This document shows, piece after piece, positions 51,471 through 59,687 of a stretch of 64,000 nucleotides of DNA. The number at the start of each line of letters is the position of its first letter. Position 1 is the first letter of the stretch. Made by a program: the position numbers and the translations under genes. The stretch covers positions 1,249 to 65,248 of the forward strand of contig DKJY01000109.1 of assembly GCA_002454955.1 (NCBI GenBank), written 5' to 3'. The notes beneath the pieces are model-generated. The model made no database searches. It saw only the letters and a program-made list of their open reading frames with translations, and was not told the DNA's origin. The stretch comes from Bacteroidales bacterium UBA6680 (lineage in GTDB: Bacteria > Bacteroidota > Bacteroidia > Bacteroidales > UBA6680).

Positions 51471-52382
51471 ATGATGTATAGTTATTTAAAACATATAATA
51501 GAGATTATAACAATATCAATGGTATTGTTTGCATCATTCTCATGCTCAAAAGTGTATGATATAAAAGCAGGTTCTGATAAACCACTATTGGTAGTTGAGG
51601 GAGAGGTGAATAATTTTCAGCCGCCATATTATGTAAGACTTACACAGAGTGTTGACTGGAAAGTGAGAACAAGAGATGTTAATTCATCTAATAATAGTGA
51701 TATTGCCACTCCTGTTACGTCTGCCAGAGTTACTATATCAGACAATATAAGTATAGTAGACACACTTGAATATATAGGATACAGAGAGGATAAAAATAGT
51801 TATGGTTGGTATGTTACAAGTAAACTGTATGGCGAAGAGGGTGTAACATATAGTCTTAAAATAGAGTATGATGGTAAAGAGTATACCTCTACATCAACTA
51901 TTCCTTATACTGTACAAGCAGATTCGGTTGGGTTTATTACAAGAACATATGGTTCAGAGAAGGTTAGAGTTGATATTCCCAGATTATATTTCAGAGAACC
52001 TGCCTATACAAAAAATTACTATTTAATGTACTATACAATAAACGGATATAGTGCATATCAGGGATCAGAGAATGTATGGCCATATACAATAGCAGATGAT
52101 ATGTATCTGAATGCTTACGTTAATGGAATAGAGATAGATAATGGACAAAAATATATAAATAAAAAAAATTATATGCCGATTAATGAGGGAGCGTATGTAA
52201 TGGTATATCTGGAGTCTATAAACAGTGAGACCTATATTTTTTATAAAGGAATAATCGATCAATTTAATGCAGATGGCGGGGGCTTCTCTTCAATCCCTGC
52301 CACACCTCCCTCTAATATTAGTAATGGCGCATTGGGGCTATTTAAAACCCCTGCAATAAGTGCTATTACAAAAAAACGTTAG
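51471..52382 (+). CDS. DUF4249-family lipoprotein
   Basis: Lipobox SFS-C; PLLVVEGEV, YYVRLTQS, YSLKIEYDG, PPSNISNGALGLF; directly follows the TBDR. Confidence 0.85.
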   Translation: MMYSYLKHIIEIITISMVLFASFSCSKVYDIKAGSDKPLLVVEGEVNNFQPPYYVRLTQSVDWKVRTRDVNSSNNSDIATPVTSARVTISDNISIVDTLEYIGYREDKNSYGWYVTSKLYGEEGVTYSLKIEYDGKEYTSTSTIPYTVQADSVGFITRTYGSEKVRVDIPRLYFREPAYTKNYYLMYYTINGYSAYQGSENVWPYTIADDMYLNAYVNGIEIDNGQKYINKKNYMPINEGAYVMVYLESINSETYIFYKGIIDQFNADGGGFSSIPATPPSNISNGALGLFKTPAISAITKKR

Positions 52383-52405
52383 TAGATGAGTCGGCGCTTG
52401 TTGTT

Positions 52406-52605
52406 TAGTTAATCCGGGATTTGCAGTCCCGGATAACTAGTGTTATTTATGAGTTGTGTGGTTTATGTTTAAATAAATGTAGGAGTATCGTCTGAGTTTT
52501 TCAGACGTACTCCTCACTATGTGACTAAGTTATTACGAAGAAAGTTGTGTGGTTTTTGTTTATAATTAGAAGGGGGAATAGCTTTTTAAGCATTTATCCC
52601 CTTCT
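52406..52605. repeat. Three hairpins separated by a 20-bp direct repeat, downstream of hsp20
   Basis: Hairpins at 52406-52439, 52481-52514 and 52568-52605; AGTTGTGTGGTTTATGTTTA at 52452 and AGTTGTGTGGTTTTTGTTTA at 52543. Confidence 0.75.
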
Positions 52606-52610
52606 GCTTT

Positions 52611-53051
52611 TTACCCTACTGCAATATCTATTTTTTCATTTCTCTTCTCATCCATGTTTTTAGGAATAACAACAGTCAGGATACCGTCTGTGTATTTTGC
52701 AGATATCTCATCTCTCTTTATATCATTTTCTGGTAGAGTGAACGATCTGCTGAACTTTGAGTAGTGAAATTCTCGTCTTGAATATCCCTTGTTTTTATCC
52801 TCTTTACTATCTTTTCTCTCTGACGATATAGTAAGATTATTTTCAGTTAAATCAATCTTAAAATCTTCCTTTTTAAGTCCGGGAGCAGCTACCTCAATAC
52901 TATAATCATCTTTATTACTTAAGATATTAACAGCTGGTGGAGTACTCTCTTTTCTTTCGTTATAGTTACAATCCATTAATTCCCTGTTAAAAAATGTATC
53001 AAATATTGATTGTGTTGGGAAAAATCTGTCTGTTAATTTTACAAGTGTCAT
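52611..53051 (-). CDS. Hsp20/alpha-crystallin small heat-shock protein
   Basis: PAVNI, IEVAAPGLKKEDF, RREFHYSKFSRSFTLP, ISAKYTDGILTVVIPK. Confidence 0.96.
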   Translation of the reverse strand: MTLVKLTDRFFPTQSIFDTFFNRELMDCNYNERKESTPPAVNILSNKDDYSIEVAAPGLKKEDFKIDLTENNLTISSERKDSKEDKNKGYSRREFHYSKFSRSFTLPENDIKRDEISAKYTDGILTVVIPKNMDEKRNEKIDIAVG

Positions 53052-53121
53052 TTTAATATCCTCCTAAAAAATTGTTTGTAATTATATTATCAATTTCGAT
53101 CGCGATTCTGATAAGATATTT

Positions 53122-53136
53122 TCAAATAACTTGCCA
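53122..53136 (-). promoter_or_regulatory. Sigma-54-like -24/-12 promoter for hsp20
   Basis: Reverse strand TGGCAAGTTATTTGA vs consensus TGGCACG-N4-TTGC, with correct spacing. Confidence 0.6.
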
Positions 53137-53218
53137 AAAGATTTAGTTGAAATAGAGATTTTATGTTAATTGACTGAAAAACAATATGCAATGTGTATTT
53201 TGGAGTGGTTTTTATGGG

Positions 53219-53263
53219 TGACAATATGGCTTGTTTGGTGTTTGTATTGATGACAATGTGGCA
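53219..53263. promoter_or_regulatory. Paired TGACA-N3-TGGC boxes upstream of hsp20
   Basis: TGACAATATGGCT (53219-53231) and TGACAATGTGGCA (53251-53263), 32 bp apart, near-palindromic. Confidence 0.6.
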
Positions 53264-53320
53264 TTAACAGGATTTCCTGTTATAAAATTTATACCCGGAA
53301 ACTACTTTATGATTATCTGT

Positions 53321-53791
53321 CTATTCTGATTCAGATATCTTTCTGAATATCTCAGCAATTCTTTTAGCTTTTGTCTCTTCTGTTCTGGCAGAATATATCC
53401 AATCAATTATCGATCTCTTCTCAGATTCTGAATAACTTTTGAATCTCTCTAATAATTTATTGTCTTCATATTTAAAGCAATCAATTAGCTCCTCAGGAAT
53501 ATCTGTTGGTGAATTGTCTTCGTATAGAGTAATTTTAACTGTATCGCCGGCATGTTTACCTATCTTGTTTCGTACAATTTTGTTAACAGATAAAAAAAGT
53601 CTGTTATTACCCATAGGCATTAACTTCTGCTTATTTATAGGATACTCATCTATAAACCCGCTTACAGTTACCCAACCAAAAGGGTTGTTCTTGTTTTGTT
53701 GTATTTCCGGAATCTCTGCATATGTCCAGCCTCCTTTACCCGGAAATTTTTTTAGAAGATAGTACCTGTTAATAATGCTCTTTTTGTCCAT
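53321..53791 (-). CDS. DUF1905 + YdeI/OmdA C-terminal domain protein
   Basis: KFPGKGGWTYAEIP, VTVSGFID, LMPMG..LFLSV..R..IGKHAGDTV, WIYSARTEETKAKRI. Confidence 0.85.
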   Translation of the reverse strand: MDKKSIINRYYLLKKFPGKGGWTYAEIPEIQQNKNNPFGWVTVSGFIDEYPINKQKLMPMGNNRLFLSVNKIVRNKIGKHAGDTVKITLYEDNSPTDIPEELIDCFKYEDNKLLERFKSYSESEKRSIIDWIYSARTEETKAKRIAEIFRKISESE

Positions 53792-53823
53792 ATATTTTAA
53801 TAAAAGCTTTCAATTAAATATAC

Positions 53824-53860
53824 AAAAAAGCCGGATAGCAATCCTACTATCCGGCTCTTT
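53824..53860 (-). terminator. Terminator of the five-gene exported-protein operon
   Basis: AAAAAAGCCGGATAG-caatccta-CTATCCGGCT. Confidence 0.88.
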
Positions 53861-53875
53861 ACTATATCATTAAAT

Positions 53876-55150
53876 TTACCAGTTTACCTCATAAGGGTAC
53901 TTATATATATTGTAAATTTTAGAGGCAGTAGCACCTGGTTTACTATATACAAGTTTACCATTTAGTACCATGTCTCCTCCGGCATATTTTAATAGCTCTG
54001 CTTTTTCGTCAAGAGGCACAGTTATATCAACAAAATGAGTACCTTTTTCGTCAATTGTAATGTTTAAATTTTTCCAATCTAATGTAGGAACACCCTCAAC
54101 TTCTAACGAAAGACCTTTTATTAAAACAGGTTCTCTCCCTTTAGAGCCAACTATACATGAAATTACAAGAGAATCTTTAGTTTCTGTTGTACTGATTTTT
54201 ACTCTTCCGGATAAGAATAATTGCGACTCATCTGTTGTTTGGCCAAGATAAAAATCTGTTTTATTCCATTTGTTGTTTATTAGATAGTTTACAGCCAATT
54301 TGTTCTCATCATCTTCATAACACTCCTCTGAGTCATATTTAATCTTCCAGCCATATTTTGTTTTAGCCTTAGTGATAACTTTTGAACAAGAGAATTTAAT
54401 TTTGGGACTTTTTCTGTAGGCAATATTTCTACCATCAAGTAAAAGTCCAATCTCAATATAGTCTTTACCCATATTAAGGGTTGCTATTTCAAACGATGAT
54501 AATACATTCTTATACTTCTGAATTGTTAATATGGCTTTGTCTTTATCAAGATCTTCAACAATATCTTTTAGTTTGTTTAATTCTGCCAGATATCCTGAAG
54601 CCTCTTCAACACTGTCAAAAGAATTAATCATGCCTGCAATTTCATCAATACGATCTCTTATAGCTTTCTCTTTCTCTTTATACTCTTCAACCAATCTGTT
54701 CATCTCTAAACGAGAGAATGGATAGAGGATATGATAGTAGTATTTTTCATCTTTTGTTCTCTTATTTCTGATCTTTTCCCAATAGTAGTCCTCTGCTTTG
54801 CTTAATGATATACCACTTAAGAAGCCAACCTTTCCTGTTTTTGTTTTTGTCTCGGAACTAAACGAAGATAAAACACTCATAACCTTACCATCTGTTGTTT
54901 CAGAAAGGTTATGTATTGTATTAGATTTTATATTCTGTGCAACAGAATTAACAATTTGTTCTCTCACATTATTCAGAGCAATTGCTTTGGCCTGATCAAT
55001 TGTAGATCCTGATCCTGTTGCAATTAGAAAATCTTCTTTTACGCTATTAACCCATTTAGGTTTTTTACCGCTTTTATCTATTACCTTAAATTGTGACAAA
55101 GCAGGATAGCTAATCAGCAGTGTAAGTAATATAAATGTAAATTTTCGCAT
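53876..55150 (-). CDS. Exported protein with LPP20-like N-terminal domain, coiled coil and beta-rich C-terminus
   Basis: Signal peptide ALS-Q; KKPKWV..FLIATGSG.TIDQAKAIALNNVREQIVNSV is an LPP20-type pattern. Confidence 0.65.
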   Translation of the reverse strand: MRKFTFILLTLLISYPALSQFKVIDKSGKKPKWVNSVKEDFLIATGSGSTIDQAKAIALNNVREQIVNSVAQNIKSNTIHNLSETTDGKVMSVLSSFSSETKTKTGKVGFLSGISLSKAEDYYWEKIRNKRTKDEKYYYHILYPFSRLEMNRLVEEYKEKEKAIRDRIDEIAGMINSFDSVEEASGYLAELNKLKDIVEDLDKDKAILTIQKYKNVLSSFEIATLNMGKDYIEIGLLLDGRNIAYRKSPKIKFSCSKVITKAKTKYGWKIKYDSEECYEDDENKLAVNYLINNKWNKTDFYLGQTTDESQLFLSGRVKISTTETKDSLVISCIVGSKGREPVLIKGLSLEVEGVPTLDWKNLNITIDEKGTHFVDITVPLDEKAELLKYAGGDMVLNGKLVYSKPGATASKIYNIYKYPYEVNW

Positions 55151-55170
55151 GGTTGGTTAGTTTTAGTGTT

Positions 55171-56124
55171 TTATTCATATACCCAATTAAATGACTCCTC
55201 ATCATTTTCAAGTTCTTCAAGGTACTTCATTCTTAGTTTTTCTTTTGCCTTCTCTTGCTGTTTTATTCTATCATCTGCAGATTTAATCTCCATCATTCTA
55301 AAATTATCCTCTTTCTCACGATCACTTACAACCCTTTTTCTTATCTTATCCATTAGTTTTGAAGCTTCGGGATAGCATACAGCATCTGGACTTATCTGTT
55401 TAAGACGTTCTACAGCATCGTCTATATCTCCTTTAATCCAGCTGTTTCTTGCTTTGTTCAGATTCTCACTTGACGATTTATCTGTATACTGCTGAAATAT
55501 ATCAATTGCAATATCGTTAGCTCTGTCGTAACATACTTTACAGGTATTAGGAACATTACTAAGTATAAATATAGACTCTTCATATTTACCCATAGATGCT
55601 AATGTTCTTGATTTTGTAATTATATCGTCACAGTTTGTATTGTAATACTCTATAATCTTCTCTTTTGACGATTTAATAAATTTCTTAAACTTTCCGTTTC
55701 GTGGGTTTATACTGCTAAATATTTTTGTGTATGCAGCACTCTCTGTTTTACCAATACCTTTTACAGAGGTTGATATCTCTTTAAATATAGTTCTGTTTGA
55801 CGCATCAATAATAACAAAGCTTACTTCTGCATTTATTACGTGCATTACAGGAGCTGTTGATGTAACGTTTTTATCAATAATTGCAACCCGAGGAACCATA
55901 ACAAAACAGCTATATGACGCATCTGTTGATAACCCGTTTAGTGATATCATTTTTTGCATCCTGATTTTGAGTACGTTTGCCGCTCTTTTACTGATATCCA
56001 GTTTTGCCGGGACAACAGGTTTTATAGCAAGCCTTTCAATATCATCCATCTTACCTAAATTGTTCTGACCTGATGAAATAAGGTACGTTAGTAACAGAAC
56101 TGATATAATTATTGATTTCTTCAT
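55171..56124 (-). CDS. Exported hypothetical protein, alpha/beta N-domain plus TPR-like helices
   Basis: Signal peptide SSG-Q; VKGIGKTESAAY; YYNTNCDDII..GKYEESIFILSNVPNTCKVCY helical repeat region. Confidence 0.7.
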   Translation of the reverse strand: MKKSIIISVLLLTYLISSGQNNLGKMDDIERLAIKPVVPAKLDISKRAANVLKIRMQKMISLNGLSTDASYSCFVMVPRVAIIDKNVTSTAPVMHVINAEVSFVIIDASNRTIFKEISTSVKGIGKTESAAYTKIFSSINPRNGKFKKFIKSSKEKIIEYYNTNCDDIITKSRTLASMGKYEESIFILSNVPNTCKVCYDRANDIAIDIFQQYTDKSSSENLNKARNSWIKGDIDDAVERLKQISPDAVCYPEASKLMDKIRKRVVSDREKEDNFRMMEIKSADDRIKQQEKAKEKLRMKYLEELENDEESFNWVYE

Positions 56125-56210
56125 CTCTTTTCACTTTTGGTTATCATACTGTTTCGGCGTTTTGTAACACCAAAACAGCATGTATAAATATTATTGTTGG
56201 TGGTTTGATG

Positions 56211-57185
56211 TTACTTCTCGCCTAATATTAACCAGGCTTCACCCAATCCACGTTGATATATTTTTGCCTCAATATTAAAAGGTGCCGACCTAAGATATTT
56301 TCTTAACTCTCTTGCAAAAGCTCTTGTATCAATAGCTCTCTTACGTCCTCTGACCTCTTTATAAAGCGGAATTCTTACCTGATCAAACTTCATTATACTG
56401 GCAGTTGCACTAGCAGTATTAAATCTACCACTCTTTGTATTATCAGCCATCCAGTCTTCAATAGCAAAACCAAGCTCCACCATCTCTCCATTAATATCAT
56501 ACTCCTCTTCAAGATCAACATCGGTACCTTCAAAAACTCTTACAACAAGTTTTACTTCACGTCCTTGCTCAAACAAATTGTCGAAATATGACTGTAATCT
56601 CCCGTTAAAATTGTCCATATGACTAAGAACAGCCTCCTCAAGAAGCAGTTCAGGAGATGCTGAACTAGATGGCTTTCCTGCACCTGCAACACCAGCTATC
56701 TGCTTACTTGTGTATGCATCAAGTCCTTTTAGATTAAATGTGATATACTTTTCTGGTCCTTGTCTTACTATCTTAAAATCAAGATCCATTATGATATCTG
56801 CTTTTGCTGTTCTCTTTAGCATATCAATAGGATTCTCATTAACCATTGCTCCCGATTTAGAAGTCATAACAGATAGTTCAGCCTCTTCTTGCGAAAGATT
56901 TTTAAGCTCTTGTTCAAGATCTTTTAAAGGGAAACCTCTCTCAGCCATCAGAGCTCCAAGCTTAGTTATTACTAACCTTAAATCACTGTTGTTCTGTAGA
57001 GCCTTTTTGTAATCCGGAAACATCTCCTTCTTTCCGTTCACATCAAACTCCTGTGTATATGAATTTGTGATACAGAAGTTATCACTCGGAACAACCATAA
57101 TTGTTGGCTTTTTTGCCTGTCCGTTTGTTGTGGCAACAAATACTGTTGCAATTAAAAGAGTATATAATATTTTTTTCATAATCAA
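56211..57185 (-). CDS. DUF6175-like exported protein
   Basis: Signal peptide TNG-Q; QAKKPTIMVVPSD, ERGFPLKDLEQ, AKADII, LDAYTSKQIA, FDQVRIPL, GLGEA. Confidence 0.75.
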   Translation of the reverse strand: MIMKKILYTLLIATVFVATTNGQAKKPTIMVVPSDNFCITNSYTQEFDVNGKKEMFPDYKKALQNNSDLRLVITKLGALMAERGFPLKDLEQELKNLSQEEAELSVMTSKSGAMVNENPIDMLKRTAKADIIMDLDFKIVRQGPEKYITFNLKGLDAYTSKQIAGVAGAGKPSSSASPELLLEEAVLSHMDNFNGRLQSYFDNLFEQGREVKLVVRVFEGTDVDLEEEYDINGEMVELGFAIEDWMADNTKSGRFNTASATASIMKFDQVRIPLYKEVRGRKRAIDTRAFARELRKYLRSAPFNIEAKIYQRGLGEAWLILGEK

Positions 57186-57199
57186 ATAGTATTAAATTT

Positions 57200-57718
57200 T
57201 TAGAAACCCGAATCAAGTCTCTTTGCAATTCCTTTATCTTCAAGATATTTTCTTAGAGCATCATATCTAATAGCCACCGATACAGCTACTTTATACATCC
57301 TCTTCATTTTTATTCTATTTTTTCCGCCAGGAGCACCATCGGTTGATACTGTTACAAAGTCAAGATATTTACCTCCTGTACTAAAAAACTCCTTAAAGAA
57401 ATCTGCATGCACCTTATCGGCATCAGGACTCTTTATAATTGCCGGTGTGGCAGCTGCACCACCACCGGGATTAAAACCTCTGAATATAGCTGCTGCAACA
57501 GCATTTCTTTTTGCTGCATATGCAGCCTTGTGAGGTTTCTTTCCATATCCCCATACCTTAATGAGTTTTGTTCCATCAACTCCAACACCAAGAGTAATAA
57601 CCTCATAGTTATAGCTACTGTTGTAGAGTATTTTTCTCTCTTTTCTGTTCTGCGCAGACAAACTCATAGCCAATGCAGTCAGAATAATTACTGTAGTTGT
57701 AAGGAATGTTTTTTTCAT
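57200..57718 (-). CDS. Exported basic protein, LPP20/FlgT-N-like
   Basis: Signal peptide LSA-Q; GVDGTKLIKVWGYGKK..A..AAKRNAVAAAIFRG, FFSTGGKYLDFV, LRKYLEDKGI. Confidence 0.65.
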   Translation of the reverse strand: MKKTFLTTTVIILTALAMSLSAQNRKERKILYNSSYNYEVITLGVGVDGTKLIKVWGYGKKPHKAAYAAKRNAVAAAIFRGFNPGGGAAATPAIIKSPDADKVHADFFKEFFSTGGKYLDFVTVSTDGAPGGKNRIKMKRMYKVAVSVAIRYDALRKYLEDKGIAKRLDSGF

Positions 57719-57796
57719 GTGTTATCGTTTTATCTTATTTATTTTTATTAGCTAATTGTTGTATGGTGTTGTATGTCAGTTTATATGTTGTTGTAT

Positions 57797-59452
57797 TTAT
57801 AGCAATACTCTTATACCACCACCAAAACTCATGCCACTTCTATCCTTAAAGAACTTGTCCCATTTAATATCTGTCTTGGTATCTTTAATGTTCATATCAT
57901 TTGTCATATAGTAGTTCACAAAACCTACCAATTGTACATTGTGAGTAACATTTATTAATAAAGAGCTACCTCCTTTAATAAACCATGTACGTAAACTATT
58001 ATCCTCAAGTGTGTACTCATCTTTAAACATTAAATCCAGATCATCCTGATCTATTGATGTATACTCCATACCATATGCTGCCTCAATAATCAGCTCAAAA
58101 TTTCTAAAGAAGTGAAATCCTTTACCTAAACCAGCATCAAATCTATAGAAACTAAAAGTCTTATTTACGTTATGATTATTTCTTGTGATATCATATTTCT
58201 GAAAATCGAGACCACCTGCTATATGAAGATATAAAGATGGTATACCTGTTACACCACCAAGTAGTGTTGCACCTTTAATATATGCTCCGCCAATCTCTCC
58301 ATTCTCATAAGCAAATGTAAAATTCAAACCAGCATCATTCTTCTGCTCAATAAGCATTCCTTCCTCAATTCTTCCTCCTGCAATCTGATAGAATGTAGAT
58401 GGATCTGTTTTACCGCTGGTTACACTATAGTTATTAGATATATTACCACCTGCTCTTATTACTCCTTTTCTTACAGGTTCGCTATCATTTAACTTCTCAT
58501 TCCAAACGTACTCATAAACAAAATATCTCTGATCTGTCTTTAATCCCTCTTTTTTTCCAATCTTCGCGGTAAGCGGACTACGTCCATATATTTTGGTTTT
58601 AACCCTTAAATCTTCAATCTTATTTTCCAGATCAAATATTGTATTATCATATGCTTTCTGAAGAAGTTCTACAAATAGTTCGTCGTAATTTTTAGGAGCT
58701 CTTAAACTATATTTTTCTGACTGTGTTGCACTAACCGAGTTGGTGAAATGGCCAATCTTCTTAACAGGAAACTTAATATTGTTGTAGTTATTACGTTTCA
58801 AATTTTTTGTCTCCTCAGTATCGTCGCTATATATCCAGTTATTATATAATTCAGACTTTATCTCATCGTTAAAATCTATCTTATAAACATATGCGGTAAC
58901 ATTTGCTTTCCAACCTTTTGATTCAATCTGATCTGTTGGAGTAACCTTTACGATGTTATTAAAATCAAAGATTACAATATAACTCATATCTATAAGTCTG
59001 TTACCAAAATCCTCTAGAGCTGCACTTCCGCGTTTTGTTGTATTAGCAGATATTACAGCCTGATCGGTAGCGTTAAAGACACCACGTTTATGTATGATAT
59101 CCTGATTAAGAGTACCATCACTTTGTCTGTTGTACCACATAGATATTATCTCTCTTGATATACCGTTATCTACAATATCATTCTGAATAATTGTTTGATT
59201 TTGACCATACGACATGCTATTGCGGTATGAGATATTAATTCCCTGAGTCTTAAAATTATTATCGTAAAACTTATTTGTCTTTGATATTTTATCAAATAAC
59301 TTGTTTACCATGTTGCTGTGTGCTCCTGATTTGTTTTTTATGTAAAACCAAGAGAACGAACTTCTGTTATAACTGTCGCTTAGTGTGCTTTGGGCAAGCA
59401 GATTGGTTGTTAATATTGTTGCTATTACTACTGTTGAGATTAGCTTTTTCAT
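57797..59452 (-). CDS. Exported protein with FlgT-C-like domain and C-terminal outer-membrane beta-barrel
   Basis: Signal peptide LLA-Q; AKIGKKEGLKTDQRYFVYE; C-terminal amphipathic strands ending MSFGGGIRVLL. Confidence 0.65.
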   Translation of the reverse strand: MKKLISTVVIATILTTNLLAQSTLSDSYNRSSFSWFYIKNKSGAHSNMVNKLFDKISKTNKFYDNNFKTQGINISYRNSMSYGQNQTIIQNDIVDNGISREIISMWYNRQSDGTLNQDIIHKRGVFNATDQAVISANTTKRGSAALEDFGNRLIDMSYIVIFDFNNIVKVTPTDQIESKGWKANVTAYVYKIDFNDEIKSELYNNWIYSDDTEETKNLKRNNYNNIKFPVKKIGHFTNSVSATQSEKYSLRAPKNYDELFVELLQKAYDNTIFDLENKIEDLRVKTKIYGRSPLTAKIGKKEGLKTDQRYFVYEYVWNEKLNDSEPVRKGVIRAGGNISNNYSVTSGKTDPSTFYQIAGGRIEEGMLIEQKNDAGLNFTFAYENGEIGGAYIKGATLLGGVTGIPSLYLHIAGGLDFQKYDITRNNHNVNKTFSFYRFDAGLGKGFHFFRNFELIIEAAYGMEYTSIDQDDLDLMFKDEYTLEDNSLRTWFIKGGSSLLINVTHNVQLVGFVNYYMTNDMNIKDTKTDIKWDKFFKDRSGMSFGGGIRVLL

Positions 59453-59558
59453 ACGTTATAAAATTTAATGCTTTCTTTTATTTGTTCTAGTTACCTGCTT
59501 TATGATAGCAGAGTAATTTATTTGCGAGAAGTCTTTTAACAATTTTCATACCTAACTG

Positions 59559-59566
59559 CAAAAGTA
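59559..59566 (-). promoter_or_regulatory. Sigma-A -7 element for the five-gene operon
   Basis: Reverse strand TACTTTTG, about 107 bp upstream of the first ATG. Confidence 0.6.
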
Positions 59567-59648
59567 GAGTGTAAAAAAGTAAATTTTCACACAAAAAATA
59601 TAAAGGTTTAAGTTATGAAATTATTAGGCAGTTAACGAATATTAGAAT

Positions 59649-59681
59649 AAAAAAAGCCTCAAATTTAATATTTGAGGCTCT
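59649..59681 (-). terminator. Terminator of the alkaline phosphatase gene
   Basis: A-tract, AGCCTCAAAT-ttaat-ATTTGAGGCT. Confidence 0.88.
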
Positions 59682-59687
59682 TGTTTT

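Noticed and set aside
52412-52434. REP/RAYT-type element (ATCCGGGATTTGCAGTCCCGGAT)
   Set aside because: Only one copy was seen and there is no RAYT transposase; it is kept only as one of the hairpins in the hsp20 3' region.
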